Below are positions 51,346-63,479 of a stretch of DNA of 64,000 nt, piece after piece. The DNA comes from Octopus sinensis (lineage: Eukaryota). A model generated the notes under the pieces. It was not told where the DNA came from, ran no database searches, and saw only the letters and a list, made by a program, of their open reading frames with translations. The stretch covers positions 5,952,001 to 6,016,000 of the forward strand of contig NC_043013.1 in assembly GCF_006345805.1 (NCBI RefSeq). Reading direction: 5' to 3'. Every line of letters starts with the position of its first letter. Within the stretch, counting starts at the first letter, position 1. The translations under genes were made by a program, and so were the position numbers.

Positions 51346-52269
51346 AGCAGTCTGGGAACATCATCGTAATACATTAATGTTATCAAAAGGGAGGCAGGTG
51401 ATGAGAGTTTTAGGGGTTAATTTTAGGAAATAATTTATATATCTTATACTTGTTTCAGTCACTGAACTGTGGCCATGCTTGAAGCACCACCTTGGAGGGA
51501 TTTAGTTGAACAAATCACCCTCGGTATTTATTTTTAAAGCCTGGCACTTATTTTATTGGTCTCTTTTGCTGAACCACTAATTTGTATAAATGTAAACAGA
51601 GACACACACAAGCACAACACATATATGGGTTTCCATACATTTTGTGTGTGTGTGTGTGTGTTCATTTGACTAGGACTTGAAGATCTGTCACTAGTTGAAA
51701 AACCATCAAGTGAAGCTAAGTCCCAGTCAAAACAAACTTTAAATAATAACTTAACTTTTAGCTCCGACTCTCCTCATCAGTAAATGTTCTGTTCTTAGTC
51801 ATAAAACTGCTTTAAAATAACAAACTACCCTTCTCTAACCATCTCCCACTCTCTCCATTTACTCTTGCAACGTCTACAAGGCCACTTTTCCTTTATTCTG
51901 GCCCCAGGGCCCTACCTTGACACCTTGTCACCATTATCTTTAACTCTTTCTCCAGCTCCACACCAATTACTTTCCTTAACTCATGACACAATTCTCAGAC
52001 CCATTAGATCCTGACAAACTGTTCAATCCATGACAACATGGAAGACAAACATTAAAAGAAGATGAGGATGATGATATATGAGCCAGTAAAGAGCTACTGA
52101 GGAACCACAATGAGTAATAACGGTTGAAATTTAGAAATAGTCCTTTCTATAGTCATCGTCACTGATGGGTTGGCAGTCATGAAATATCTAGGCCATTAGT
52201 TTTCAGCATGAGAGGAGTGACAATGTTAATCTGGTGGGGGTACATCACAGGCTATTTATCAGTTTGAAT

Positions 52270-53250
52270 CCTGGTCTGTGTTTTTGTGACTGCATTAAAG
52301 AGGTCATCTAATCTTTCCTATACAACAGCGTATGAAGCAGTTGAGTTAAATATCATAAAACTAAAATTAGAATTATGTAAAGCATTCACATCTCACTACA
52401 GTATTTCAAAATCATTTACTGTCTCTATTTCTAATGATTCTGTACTGTTATCTGCATAATTAAAGACTCTGGTAGCTTGATTGACTTTAACTCCAACTAA
52501 AGGAGTCATAATAAAAATAAGAGAGTCCGGAAATAAGTACTTTGCAATATACCATCTCCCAAACAGAGCTGACGTATATCATATGACTGACTGCAATCAT
52601 ATGTGAAGGTACATTGTCTAAATACTAGGGCGTTTAGCAGATAATTATAAGGTTATGGGTTTAGTTCCTGAGCTGAATGGAATACTGCAGTGTCTTAAGT
52701 AAGGCATTTCATTACACATTGCTCAGTGAGTGCCAGCCAGGTGCAGGCAGAGCCATCTCAGCCTCTGACTAACAGATCCCGGATATTCAGCTGGATCAAG
52801 AGTGAGAAGGTTACGAGGATATGCATACCTATTTGTTACTACACAGGCACCTAAAACAATTAACGAAAGCATGGCACATCCTCGTAAGCCATTCTTGCTT
52901 ATAAATGATGCCTGTGTTTCAACACCAAATAGTTTGACACCAAGTTCTGAGCTATTGAGGATAATCAGTATGGATAAAGGAAAATTCAGCATAAACTTTG
53001 TCAAAAGCTCAGGCAAAAAGCACAAAGGGACAGCTAATATCTGATCCTTCCAAAAGATATTTTGAACCTGGGTTGAAGAATGCACAAACTATGCTGGGCG
53101 CCATTAAAGAAGTTCTTTTACTTCCTTTAGTCAATTTTCACACTAACAATGCATTTCAACACTTTGGTAATGTGCAACATGAATGAGAGAGAGAGAAGAG
53201 TGAGGGAAATGGGTCTACGATTACTTAGTTGTGCTCTGCTACTGCCTTTT
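52270..53250 (-). pseudogene. CR1/L2-type reverse transcriptase relic, interrupted by a SINE fragment
   Basis: Motifs in the expected order on the minus strand: SNRRPISL..HITKVL, FA*AFDKV, GILQSTYFRTLLFLL (cf. GVPQGxVLGPLLF), YADN..IETVNDFEIL..DVNAL..M.FN. Confidence 0.6.
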
Positions 53251-53527
53251 CTTAATTGGTGCCTCCTCACAAGGCTATCACATCTTTGGCTGTAATATTT
53301 ATGTGGGTACAAAAGATGTTTATATAACTGTCCATCGGATCAAAGAGAAATTTCTGAAAAATTATTATTTAAAAAAAAAAATTTGCTGAGTTGAGTGGGT
53401 GCTCCAGCATGGCTGCAGCCAATAGGATAAGACAAGTAGAAGAGTGTCATGAATAGCATTTGAGAATAATGCCTACCTCAATGTTACACACAAACCTTTC
53501 TAACATTGCTATGGCCTGATATACAAA

Positions 53528-53845
53528 ATTTTTTTTTATTTATGCGCCCCTTTCAAGCTTAGCCAGGCTCATGGGCCTGGTATCTCAGTTTCTATGGCGT
53601 ACGTGTTCCCCCCAGCTGGACGGGACGCCAGTCCATCACAGCGTTACTCAAGAAACAGGAAGAAAGAGTGAGAGAAAGTTGGTGCGAAAGAGTACAACAG
53701 GGGTCGCTACCACCCCTTGCTGGAGCCTTGTGGAGCTTTAGGTGTTTTCGCTCAATAAACACACACAACGCCCAGTCTGGGAATCGAAACCGCAATCCTC
53801 CGACCGTGAGTCTGCTGCCCTAACCAATGGGTCATTGTGCCTCAA
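53528..53845 (-). mobile_element. tRNA-derived SINE (family D) with V-domain-like core and 13-bp TSD
   Basis: B box ggtttcgattccc, core gatggactggcgtcccgtccag, A-rich tail. TSD cctgatatacaaa at 53515-53527 and 53846-53858. Confidence 0.85.
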
Positions 53846-55182
53846 CCTGATATACAAAGGCACGAGACAATTTGGCACAACTGTTTCGGCAGCACTGATT
53901 TGATGCTGACTTCATTTGCCATGGAAAAGTTTTAATGGTTCTCTTGTCCACCCCTCCCACCTCCCTGTGTGAGTACATTTCTCTGTATATGCAGACGAGA
54001 AGGAAGATGTTTATGATGTCAACTGTGTTCAATTAATAAACTGTAACGCTTCTCTCTCTCTCTCCCTCTTCCCTTCTCTCTGTTCATGTGTGAATATATT
54101 TCTCTTTTTATGGATGACAAGAGGAAAGTGTTATTAAGCCAATCATATTCAGTTCACAAATTGTACTGTTTCACACTCTCTCTATCTGTGTACACATATA
54201 TTTCTGCTTGAACATACATGTGTGTTTGCCTTCCGTGCCAAAAAGTACTGTCGCTAAAACAGGTTCAATGTTCATTCAGCCATGCCACATCATCAGCATC
54301 CAAACAGCCACTCTCATTTGTCTCATTCCATGTGGAACTACTTTCACATTTGTTAAAGTAGAACAAAGCATAAGAGCTAGTGTTATTCTTTCTAGGAGCC
54401 TAAGGGGGTTCATTAAAATAATATTTTTCAAATCAGTTTTAGGGTATATTTCATCCTATCTCACATCCTGAAGGTTTTATTAACTTCTGTGTTGTTAAAC
54501 CAGATTACTGCTCTTATGCATATTTTTAGGAAGGATTTTCCTAGCATGGTTAAAATTCTTTAAACACGCATGGTGCTTGATTGTTTTACAAATCTCTATT
54601 ACAGAATTTTAGCTTCAAACCAATGGTTAAAACTTTTGTCAGCATTTCTCATAGTAATTACCATTCTTCCTTTTATCTAACAAATTTCACAAAATTACTT
54701 TGTTGGTATTTAGCCCCAGGTCAGCCCTGATAAAGCAGATCTATGATCAAAAGTATTCCAGTAGTGGCCATCACATCTTTTATTCATAGTGCATTCAGGG
54801 TCATACCTTATCTTATATATCCTTCCCTCTTTTATGAGGTAGGTAATAATTTGAGGGATATTTGGCAGCTATTTTTAGCAACCAAACAACTAAGGCCTTT
54901 TCATAAGCTTTTGGTAGGCAGTGTCATAACTGCAGCAAAAAAAGTAATCCTGTATATTGAGAGAGAGAGAGTCTAATTTGTGAACACTGAAACTTTCTAC
55001 CTCCAACTAACCTGAGGTTTAGTCAGCACTCACGGTCCATTTCAATTTGCTCATTGCTTTTAATACTAAAAGTTGTAAAACGTGGCAGGAGTTTTACTTT
55101 AATACGTTACAACCTAGATAAAGAAGAAGCAAAGCTGTGAAAGACACTTCAATCTTTCTACTGCTACATCTTTCAATACAAG

Positions 55183-55204
55183 CTTTGAATGATATCATTC
55201 AAAG
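55183..55204. repeat. Perfect 22-bp palindrome
   Basis: ctttgaatgat|atcattcaaag. Confidence 0.95.
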
Positions 55205-55649
55205 TTTCCTTTGTTTCTTTCTTTATTTTATTCTTGAACAGGGTCTGTTAACTGAAATATTAAAAGTAATAATTTTTTTCTATTGATATAAATTTATATA
55301 AATATCCACGTCATATACTCTGATACATATTGTTTTTAATACATGTATATAAAGAGATTTTCTCTTAGACAAAAACCACAGCATCATTCCTTTCAACAAG
55401 ATAAATACATTTAGTATGATACATAGATGGCAATTTTAATGTGAGTGGCATGCTTTCTGCAATACTAGTGATTGAATTATTCACCATGTCCTACAAATCA
55501 AAGCATGAATTTTGTCAAAGTGAGTGACAAATAGGTGCACAGCATTGACAGTAGGGTGAAATGCATCTGTTGGTCTCATGAGTCACTGTTGTAGTGATGT
55601 TCATGTTGTTCCAGTATCCTCTGTGCTTTTGACACATGTCTATGAAGAG

Positions 55650-55970
55650 ATTTTCACTCATACAGAAACTACATGCTTACAATAGTATATACGAATAGAT
55701 ATTACACACGCATACATATAAAAATCAAAGGTAGGGCAAAAAGAACATGACAAGCGGGATCGAAGAAAACACCAGATGCGGAAAAAGAGACGATAACATA
55801 ACATAAGCAATAACATAGACAATAACATTATATTACTGCAAACAGGACAGAAACAAGATACACAGACCAATCATGGCAAATTTCCTCATCAGTCGGCTTC
55901 TGGAAGGTCATTGTAGTTTCACACCCCTTTAATACCGAGACTATTCAAATTCAGCAAGGTGCCAGGGACT
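55650..55970 (-). mobile_element. Possible Penelope-like terminal repeat remnant
   Basis: CpG-containing block. Reverse complement carries ctgatgaggaaa followed by a T-rich tract, a layout reminiscent of PLE pseudo-LTRs. No ORF support. Confidence 0.25.
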
Positions 55971-56254
55971 TAAGAGAAAAGCATTAAGCCTCTCTCTCTC
56001 TATATATATATATATAAATACTGACCTGCATGCCTAACCATTGGAATCTAAAACAATGTGATGTATAACAACATCTAATAGTTTGGTTAATGCTGTGGGG
56101 TGTGTGTGTGTGTGTATGTACATATATAGTTCCGTAGAAAGACTAGTATTTAGTTGTATGCCTTAAAAAGATTTGTTACAATTTTACTTTAGTTCCATGC
56201 ATGATTGATTTCTACCAGTTTAAACTGTACCAGTCATGTGCATAGTCAATCAAG

Positions 56255-58390
56255 TAATACAAGAAGAGGTCGTACACAATGACTGGTGTGACAGTGTCAT
56301 TGTCGACTGTTATGTGGGTAAAAGATATGCACTACAAATGGGCAAATACAAAAATATAAAGTATATCAATATATGAATAATAGGTAATGATTCACAAGAG
56401 GAAGGATATTCAGCAGTAAAACAACTCCTTGTTATGTATGGATCTAACCTTTGGTTACAAGGAAAAAACAAACATGAAAACTATTGTACTTGACATTCAC
56501 CAACTTGGGGAAAGTCTTTGGCAGAATCCATCACTCTGTTATTGGTCTCTAAGGAAGTTAAGAGTAGATGAATGGCTTGTGAGAGCCATATAAGGCTTGT
56601 ATGTATAGGGGTGCTGTCAATAGGGTGAGAGTCAGCTATGAATACAGTGATGAATTTAGTGAACAAATAGGACTTCACCAGGGTTCAGTCCTCAGTGCTC
56701 TATTCATCTTAATCTCCCATGCCATAACAGAAGAACTTAAGATTGGCTGCCTGTGAGAACTACTATATCCTGATGACCTTGCCCTTCCAGCAGAATCTGT
56801 AGCAGAACTGGTAAAGAAATTCTAGGTATGAAAGCCAAACCTGGAATCAAAGCGCTTTAATGTTAACCTAGCAAAGAACGAAGTAATTCAACAAGAAAGC
56901 AGATAAGACTCTTTCCGTTAGGTAAATGGTCCTGCTCAATAGATAGGGAAGGTGTTGGAAGAAATTCCATTTGATGCACCAAAAGTAAAATTTGGACACA
57001 TATCAGATGCAATGGAATCTCAGGTAGGTTTACAGAGAAAGTAGCCTTTGTACGTGGCAGATGCACAAGAACAATAAACAGTGACACATTAGATTTTCTC
57101 AAATGCCTAGTAAATTCCCTGGAGGTTGTAGACAATTTCTGTTTCCTAAGTGACCAAGTTAGCAGTGGAGGAAGACGTTATGAAAGTATAGTTGCTAGAA
57201 TAAAAATAGGATAGATAAAGTTCAGAGAGCTATTACCTTTGGTGGCAACAAAGGGCCTCACTCTTAGAGTGAAAAGAAAATTGTATGATGTTTGTTTGCA
57301 AATGATTGTACTCCATGGTAGTGAGACATGGGCTCTGAATGCAAATGACATGCAAAAGCTGGACAAGAATGAAAGCAGTATACTCTCATGGGCATGCACC
57401 ATCAGTGTGCATGTATGACAAAGTGCAAATGTGTTGAGAGAAAAGTTAGGCATAAGAGGAATCAGATGTAGCATGCAAGAGAAAAGACTATGATGGTGTG
57501 GTCATGTGATGTGTATGGATGAGAACAACTATATAAAGAAATGATGATCGCTTAAAGTGAGTGGAACCTGCAGAAGAGGGAAATCCAGAAGGATGTGGGA
57601 AGTAGTGAGAGCCAATCTCAAGATGTTGAGCCTCGTGGAAAAGATGACAATAGACTGAGATATCTGTCAATATGAAGAATTTGAGAAGAACAATTCACCC
57701 CAGTGAAACTGAGTTCTGGAAATGCTGTGTATTGTGTGCTCTCCATTTACACCCACACCTCACGAACCAAACTACATCTCCTCATGCACTACGCTTGTCT
57801 CCCATCTCTGCTCTTGCAGTCCAACACTGCTTTGTCACCTCCCCCTACCCACCCTATCATTGCTATCCTATCGCTTCCCTATATACCCATGTTCATCACT
57901 CACTGCATTCCCCTTCCCTTCTATCTTCTGCTTTCCTTTCACACTCCCAGTCCAATCTTCCGTACCATTCCACCTCCCTGTACTTGAGGGTATGCCCTGG
58001 CACATCATCACCAACATCTTTTCACCGGTCCCCATTCCGACTGGGGTAACCATGTATCACATCTACATCAAGACACCTGTTTCTGTCCCTCTATCATAGT
58101 TTAATCTCTCATCAATTTGGTTCAAAGCCACTTCCCTCAATACAACTCTCCTCTCAATTGAAGTCTTTGTCTTGCAAGCTACTTGGTGACTGTGCTGGTG
58201 CCATGGAAAAAAAAAAAAAGGCACCCTGTACACACTGTAAAGTGGTTGACATTAGGAAGGGCATCCATCCATAGAAACGATGTCAAAGCTGACAGTAGTG
58301 CTTGGTGCAGTCTTCTGATTTGCCAGTTCCTGTTAAACCATCCAACCCATGTCAGCATGGAAAATGGACATTAAATGATGGTGATCATGA
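56255..58390 (+). mobile_element. 5'-truncated, degraded RTE LINE (RT domain to 3' tail)
   Basis: VNQVIQEEVVHNDW, LYLTFTNLGKVF, GLHQGSVLS, ELLYPDDLAL, EVVDNFCFL, W.GHVM.MDE, pyrimidine-rich 3'UTR, then the tail agcatggaaaatggacattaaatgatggtgat. Confidence 0.9.
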
Positions 58391-58728
58391 TATCATCTTT
58401 TCAGCTGCTCCCACACACTCTTATATAATGCAGAGTGGCCATGTATCTCTTCTATGGCAAGACATCTGTGTCTGTCCCTCTATCGTATTTTTTCCTCTCA
58501 ACACCTAGTGTAATGCCACCTTTCTCCCTACTACAACTCTACTCAGACAAGGAATCTTTCATTTTGGTTGCAAGTTGTTTGACAACATCACTAGTGCCAA
58601 TATCATGAATTAAAGCATCCAGTACACACTGTAACATAGCTGGTGTTTAGGAAGTGCATCCAGCCTCAGAAACTATGTCAGAATGGAAGACAGATACTGA
58701 GTTATTATAATGTGTGTGTGTGTGTGTG

Positions 58729-58760
<32 letters not shown>

Positions 58761-58763
<3 letters not shown>

Positions 58764-59068
58764 AGGCGCAATGGCCCAGTGGTTATGGCAGCGGACTCGT
58801 GGTCAGAGGACCGCAGTTTTAATTCCCAGACCAGGCGTTGTGTGTGTTTATTGAGCGAAAACACCTAAAGCTCCACAAGGCCCCCCAGGGGGTGGTGGCA
58901 ACCCCTGTTGTACGCTTTCGCCCCAACTTTCTCTCAATCCTTCTGCCTGTTTCTTGAGTAATGCTGCAATGGATTGGCATCCCATCCAGATGGGGGGAAC
59001 ACATACGCCACAGAAACCGGGAAAATGGGCCCATGAGCTTGGCTAGGCTTGAAAAGGGCGCATAAATA
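58761..59068 (+). mobile_element. SINE family D inserted in a (TA)n tract
   Basis: A box tggcccagtgg. Collinear with the reverse complement of 53528-53845. (TA)n on both sides. Confidence 0.9.
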
Positions 59069-60486
59069 ATATATATATATATATATATATCCTTTCTCAA
59101 TTCCAGAAAATGTAGTTGTTAATGATCAGTCATTCCTAACTGCTCAGTTATATACTAAGCATATGAGTTCTCCTCAAGGAACACTCCCGTACTATCATAT
59201 GTTTTACATTTCATTCTTTGATATTGAATCAAATTTTTAGCGACCTCTCTGCTCCTTCTCCTTTATGTGTCTAAATGTGTTTGAGAGTCTCAATGAGCTT
59301 TTGATACATTGTTTAGTATTTTAGTAAAGCTCTTTTCTCAAGGAGAATTACAGGGATTTTGGTACAGTTTCTAGCAGAATGCATCTTCATCCTATCTATT
59401 GCAGATATTGTTTTTTATCTCAATGGCTTTTTTTGATGTTATGTCATGTTAAAGACTCAGCGACATAACATTTGAGTGTTGTACACATTCAAACATTTGA
59501 AAATTAGTGAAAACATCTATATACCACACATCACACTGTACTGATCAAGAAACCTGTTTTTATTGAAGAATGGATGCTTTCTGAGGTTCCCTGATTTTGA
59601 TATCCAGAGAAGGAAAAAAAAATAAAAGAGGTAAGAAGGACAAGAGAAAAGAAACAAAAAACAGTTTACCTTTGTTGCTAACAACATTTATATACCACCT
59701 TTGTCACAATTTATATTTTCTACATCAAAGTTTCAGGTGTTAATTTTTGTTAATTTATTCTCTTAAATGGCCTAATTAGTTTCTCTTCTCGACCACATAA
59801 TGCAGCTGTGTTCCTTGTGTATTAATGAGCATTGTTTTCTTCACAGGAATAATACTAATTGCACACAGCAGGTTTTTAATCGTTTTTAGTTATAATTTGT
59901 GGTCACTTTTATTAGAAACTGGACCTGTAAAAAAATTGAAGTCATCCCAAAGTTATTCTTACTTAAGTTACATATAAGTTACTTTTGTAATGCCATTGAG
60001 TGAGAACGCTGTAGTTTAAATTTGACATAATGGACAAATTATTAATACAAATCAGTATATTGTTACTTTTTGATGAAGAGCCAAGAACCTGCTCTATAAG
60101 AAGAACATTGGAGGTTTCCACAAGATGCTCTAATTGCCTTCATCCTTGCTATGAAATGTCAGAATGAGAGTGATACTCTTTAACCACATATATTTTGGAG
60201 ACGTCCCTCTAAAAGAACATTGGCTTGCTTTCAGATTGTTCAGTAAGTCAACAAACTATATGCCAAGGTTTGTGGTACCTGGAGTGGGTAGGTATATTGA
60301 TAACGTAACCATACTGACAATGGATAATGAGACTGAGCTGAAGTGTAATAGCAACACCACAACAATTACAATCATTATGAACGTTCATTGCTGCTCCTCT
60401 AAGTTTTCTACTTCTTGTCTGAGCAAAAACATCGCATGACATAAATATTTCTATATCCCAACACCGAGGCTGTTATAAGAGCTTGC

Positions 60487-60937
60487 TTAATCCTTTTGAC
60501 ACCAATGTGCCAGAGACTGCCTCTGGGTTGATGATACAAAAACTGTTGTCAAGTGAACTGAATTAAAACCTCCCATCGTAATTTCATATTTTCTTCCAAA
60601 ATTAATACTTGTTTATGATACAGATACAAGGCCAGCAATTTTGAGGGAAGGGACTTAGTTACCATTGACTCCGGAACTTGATTGTTACTTTATTTTAATG
60701 ATCTTCAAGGGATGAAAGACAAAGATGACTTTGGGAGGAAGGGAACCGGAAATGTAAAAGAGCCAGAAGGAATATCACAAGGCCTTTTGGTCCAACACTC
60801 TAATCATTCTACTAATCCACTGCACTAAACACCAACTTACTAACGACAAAGTTATTTTACTATATTCGTCATTCCTTTCAAAATTATTGAAACAAAAGCA
60901 GTGTATATCAATAGAAATAGACTAACAAAATGGTTAA
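60487..60937 (+). mobile_element. piggyBac-type MITE interrupted by a family C SINE (about 60606-60830, minus strand)
   Basis: ttaa-tccttttgacacc 5' half, SINE, then 3' half ending ctaacaaaatgg-ttaa. Confidence 0.65.
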
Positions 60938-61179
60938 TTTTCATCACACTATTTAACTGGACATGGCACAGTTGTCTTACATGTAAATCCTCACTCTGAA
61001 CAGGTATGGTTCAATGTAACTAATACTGTCTGTTGTGGGGAAATGTTGTACCAGTTTGCTGAGAATCTATATCCCTCAATAGGCATAGGTTCACCCATGG
61101 CTATAGTAGAAGATAACTGCACAAAGTACCATACATTGAGGTGACAGAAGGAACATGGTTAAGAAGTGAACCATACTCA

Positions 61180-61253
61180 ATACCTGGGCTTATTATACAC
61201 ATATAAGAGCAAAAGACATATTTCTATGTATATATGTATGTGTGTATACAAAT

Positions 61254-61286
<33 letters not shown>

Positions 61287-61680
61287 CAGATTTATATAGA
61301 TATATACATATGTACACACATACAAATATATACTTACAATCACATATATACATACATTTACACGTACAAACACACACATAATATAAATACATACATATAT
61401 ATATATATACACAGATAAGTACAAGTATACACATAGATACATATATATAGATATATATATATATACACACATATGCAGAGATATATCTATCTATATATTA
61501 ATAAACATATGTAATATATACAAGTGTTTGTATATATATATACATACACACACACAAACAGTTACACATATGCACACACACAGTTACACACGCACACACA
61601 GTTACACATATGCACACACACACGCACACATTCATATAGCATATATAAGTATGCGTGTGAGTATACAGATATAGCCAGGA
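61180..61680. repeat. About 500-bp TA/CA-rich cryptic microsatellite field
   Basis: Mixed (TA)n, (CA)n and (TACA)n seen directly. Confidence 0.9.
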
Positions 61681-61879
61681 TTATATATGTGCAGCAATGT
61701 AATGGTCTTCAGTGTTGGTTAGCAACTTTTATTATTTTGGGTGCCAATGTCTATAATAGTCGGTAATAATTTATGAACGCCGAACACCTGTACAAGAGAA
61801 CTGCAACAGTAGATTCCAAAACACAATGTCTTGAAGCTACTTTTCTGCTTCCCTTCACCTCTTACCGACTACAGAGTGA

Positions 61880-62115
61880 AGAACTAGAGAACAGCAGCAG
61901 CAGCAGCAACAGCAGTAAGCAAAGGAGAGGACAGTAATAACATCAACTGCAGCAGTAACACTATATTGCCATCAACAACAACGACAACAACAATTGCAGC
62001 AACAGGAAGAAGAGCGGCAGCAACTGTAGAAGGAACAATATAAGCAACAGTAGGAACATCAACATCATCATCATCATCAACATCAAGATCAGCAGAAGTA
62101 ACATTGTCGATAATG
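61880..62115 (+). repeat. Decayed (CAR)n/(CAT)n triplet region
   Basis: cagcagcag/caacaacaa/catcatcat runs. The Gln frame is broken by TAA/TAG. Confidence 0.8.
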
Positions 62116-62458
62116 ATTTTACAAGGGAGGCAATGCAGGCACTTGGCCTGCTAGAAATAGCAGCTAAATCTCCCTTAAATCATATCCTACTGTAAATAAT
62201 ATGTAGATACACAATCATCATTTAACGCCTGCTTTTCATGCTGGCATGGGTTAGACCAGTGTGTGTTTGTATATATATGTATATGTATGTTTATGTGTGT
62301 GTGTGTATACACACACACACATAAACATACATATATACATGAATATACACACATACATACAAGGGGACTATGTTGTTAGTTGACCTGTGAGAAACAGAAT
62401 CTCAACCATATCCTATTGTAAAATAATATACATACTCACACACACAAATATACATACA

Positions 62459-62523
<65 letters not shown>

Positions 62524-63479
62524 TATATATACATACACACACACACACACATAATTTAGGTCTAGTTATATTATATGTAAATAATAAAAGATGGGCTGGT
62601 CACAACTGAAATATCTTTAAACATCAGCTTGTTTGGCAAGGGATAAACGCCACCACCACCACTTGCAGTAGTAGAGTAGCAGTTGCAGATGTAGCAATAT
62701 AAGCAACAGTGGGAACAACAGCAGCAACAGAACAGATAGTCAGTTTGGTCCTGATTACTTCTTGTACGATTCAGTACTACTTATTATAGCAATGATGTGG
62801 AGAGGAAGAAAATATTTAACATACAAAAACTTTCTTCTTTTCTCAGTTGAATAGGTACCTTGAGGAGGTCCAGTTAACAGTTTGTAACCAACAGGGGCAC
62901 ACTATATCACCAGTGTTATTTAGCTGAGTACTGATGCTTTAAATAATTTCATAAGCAAAAACGATACACAAAAGCAGGGGAGCAACTACAATGGTATGTT
63001 GTTACACTAAGGACAGCAATGATAGAATATTATTATTATTCTACAGCTTATGAAGGTGCGCTTAAAGAAAAAAAAATTAAGTCCCAGAAAATTAGGTTGC
63101 GTCTTATAATCATAAGGTCAGAGTGTGGGTCATTGGCAGGTGGTTGCTCTGCCAAAATTGTGGTTATATCTTGTAAATGATCAAATATAAAATATCAATT
63201 CTAAAAACCTCATTGCTCCCTTATCTACAATCTCACACTCACAGGCTGACTAATTCTTGATATTATCAACATTACTTTACCTAATTCAAATGGATTGAAA
63301 CCAATTCTCTCAATGGCTCATGAAAATTACAGAACAGTTTCAATAACATCAACTATCCCATCCCAGAAACACAAACATGTCCATACCATTTTCTTCACTA
63401 CTCATTTACAAACAAAATACTAAAAAACAAAAAATTAAATGAAAAAATAATAAAAAGCAACATGAAACGCTGTCTGGCA

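Noticed and set aside
51760-51800. Hammerhead ribozyme (ctgatgag on the minus strand); likewise at about 12895
   Set aside because: No stem II closing into GAAA and no stem I/III pairing.
61880-62115. Coding polyglutamine exon
   Set aside because: Several in-frame stops and no convincing splice boundaries.
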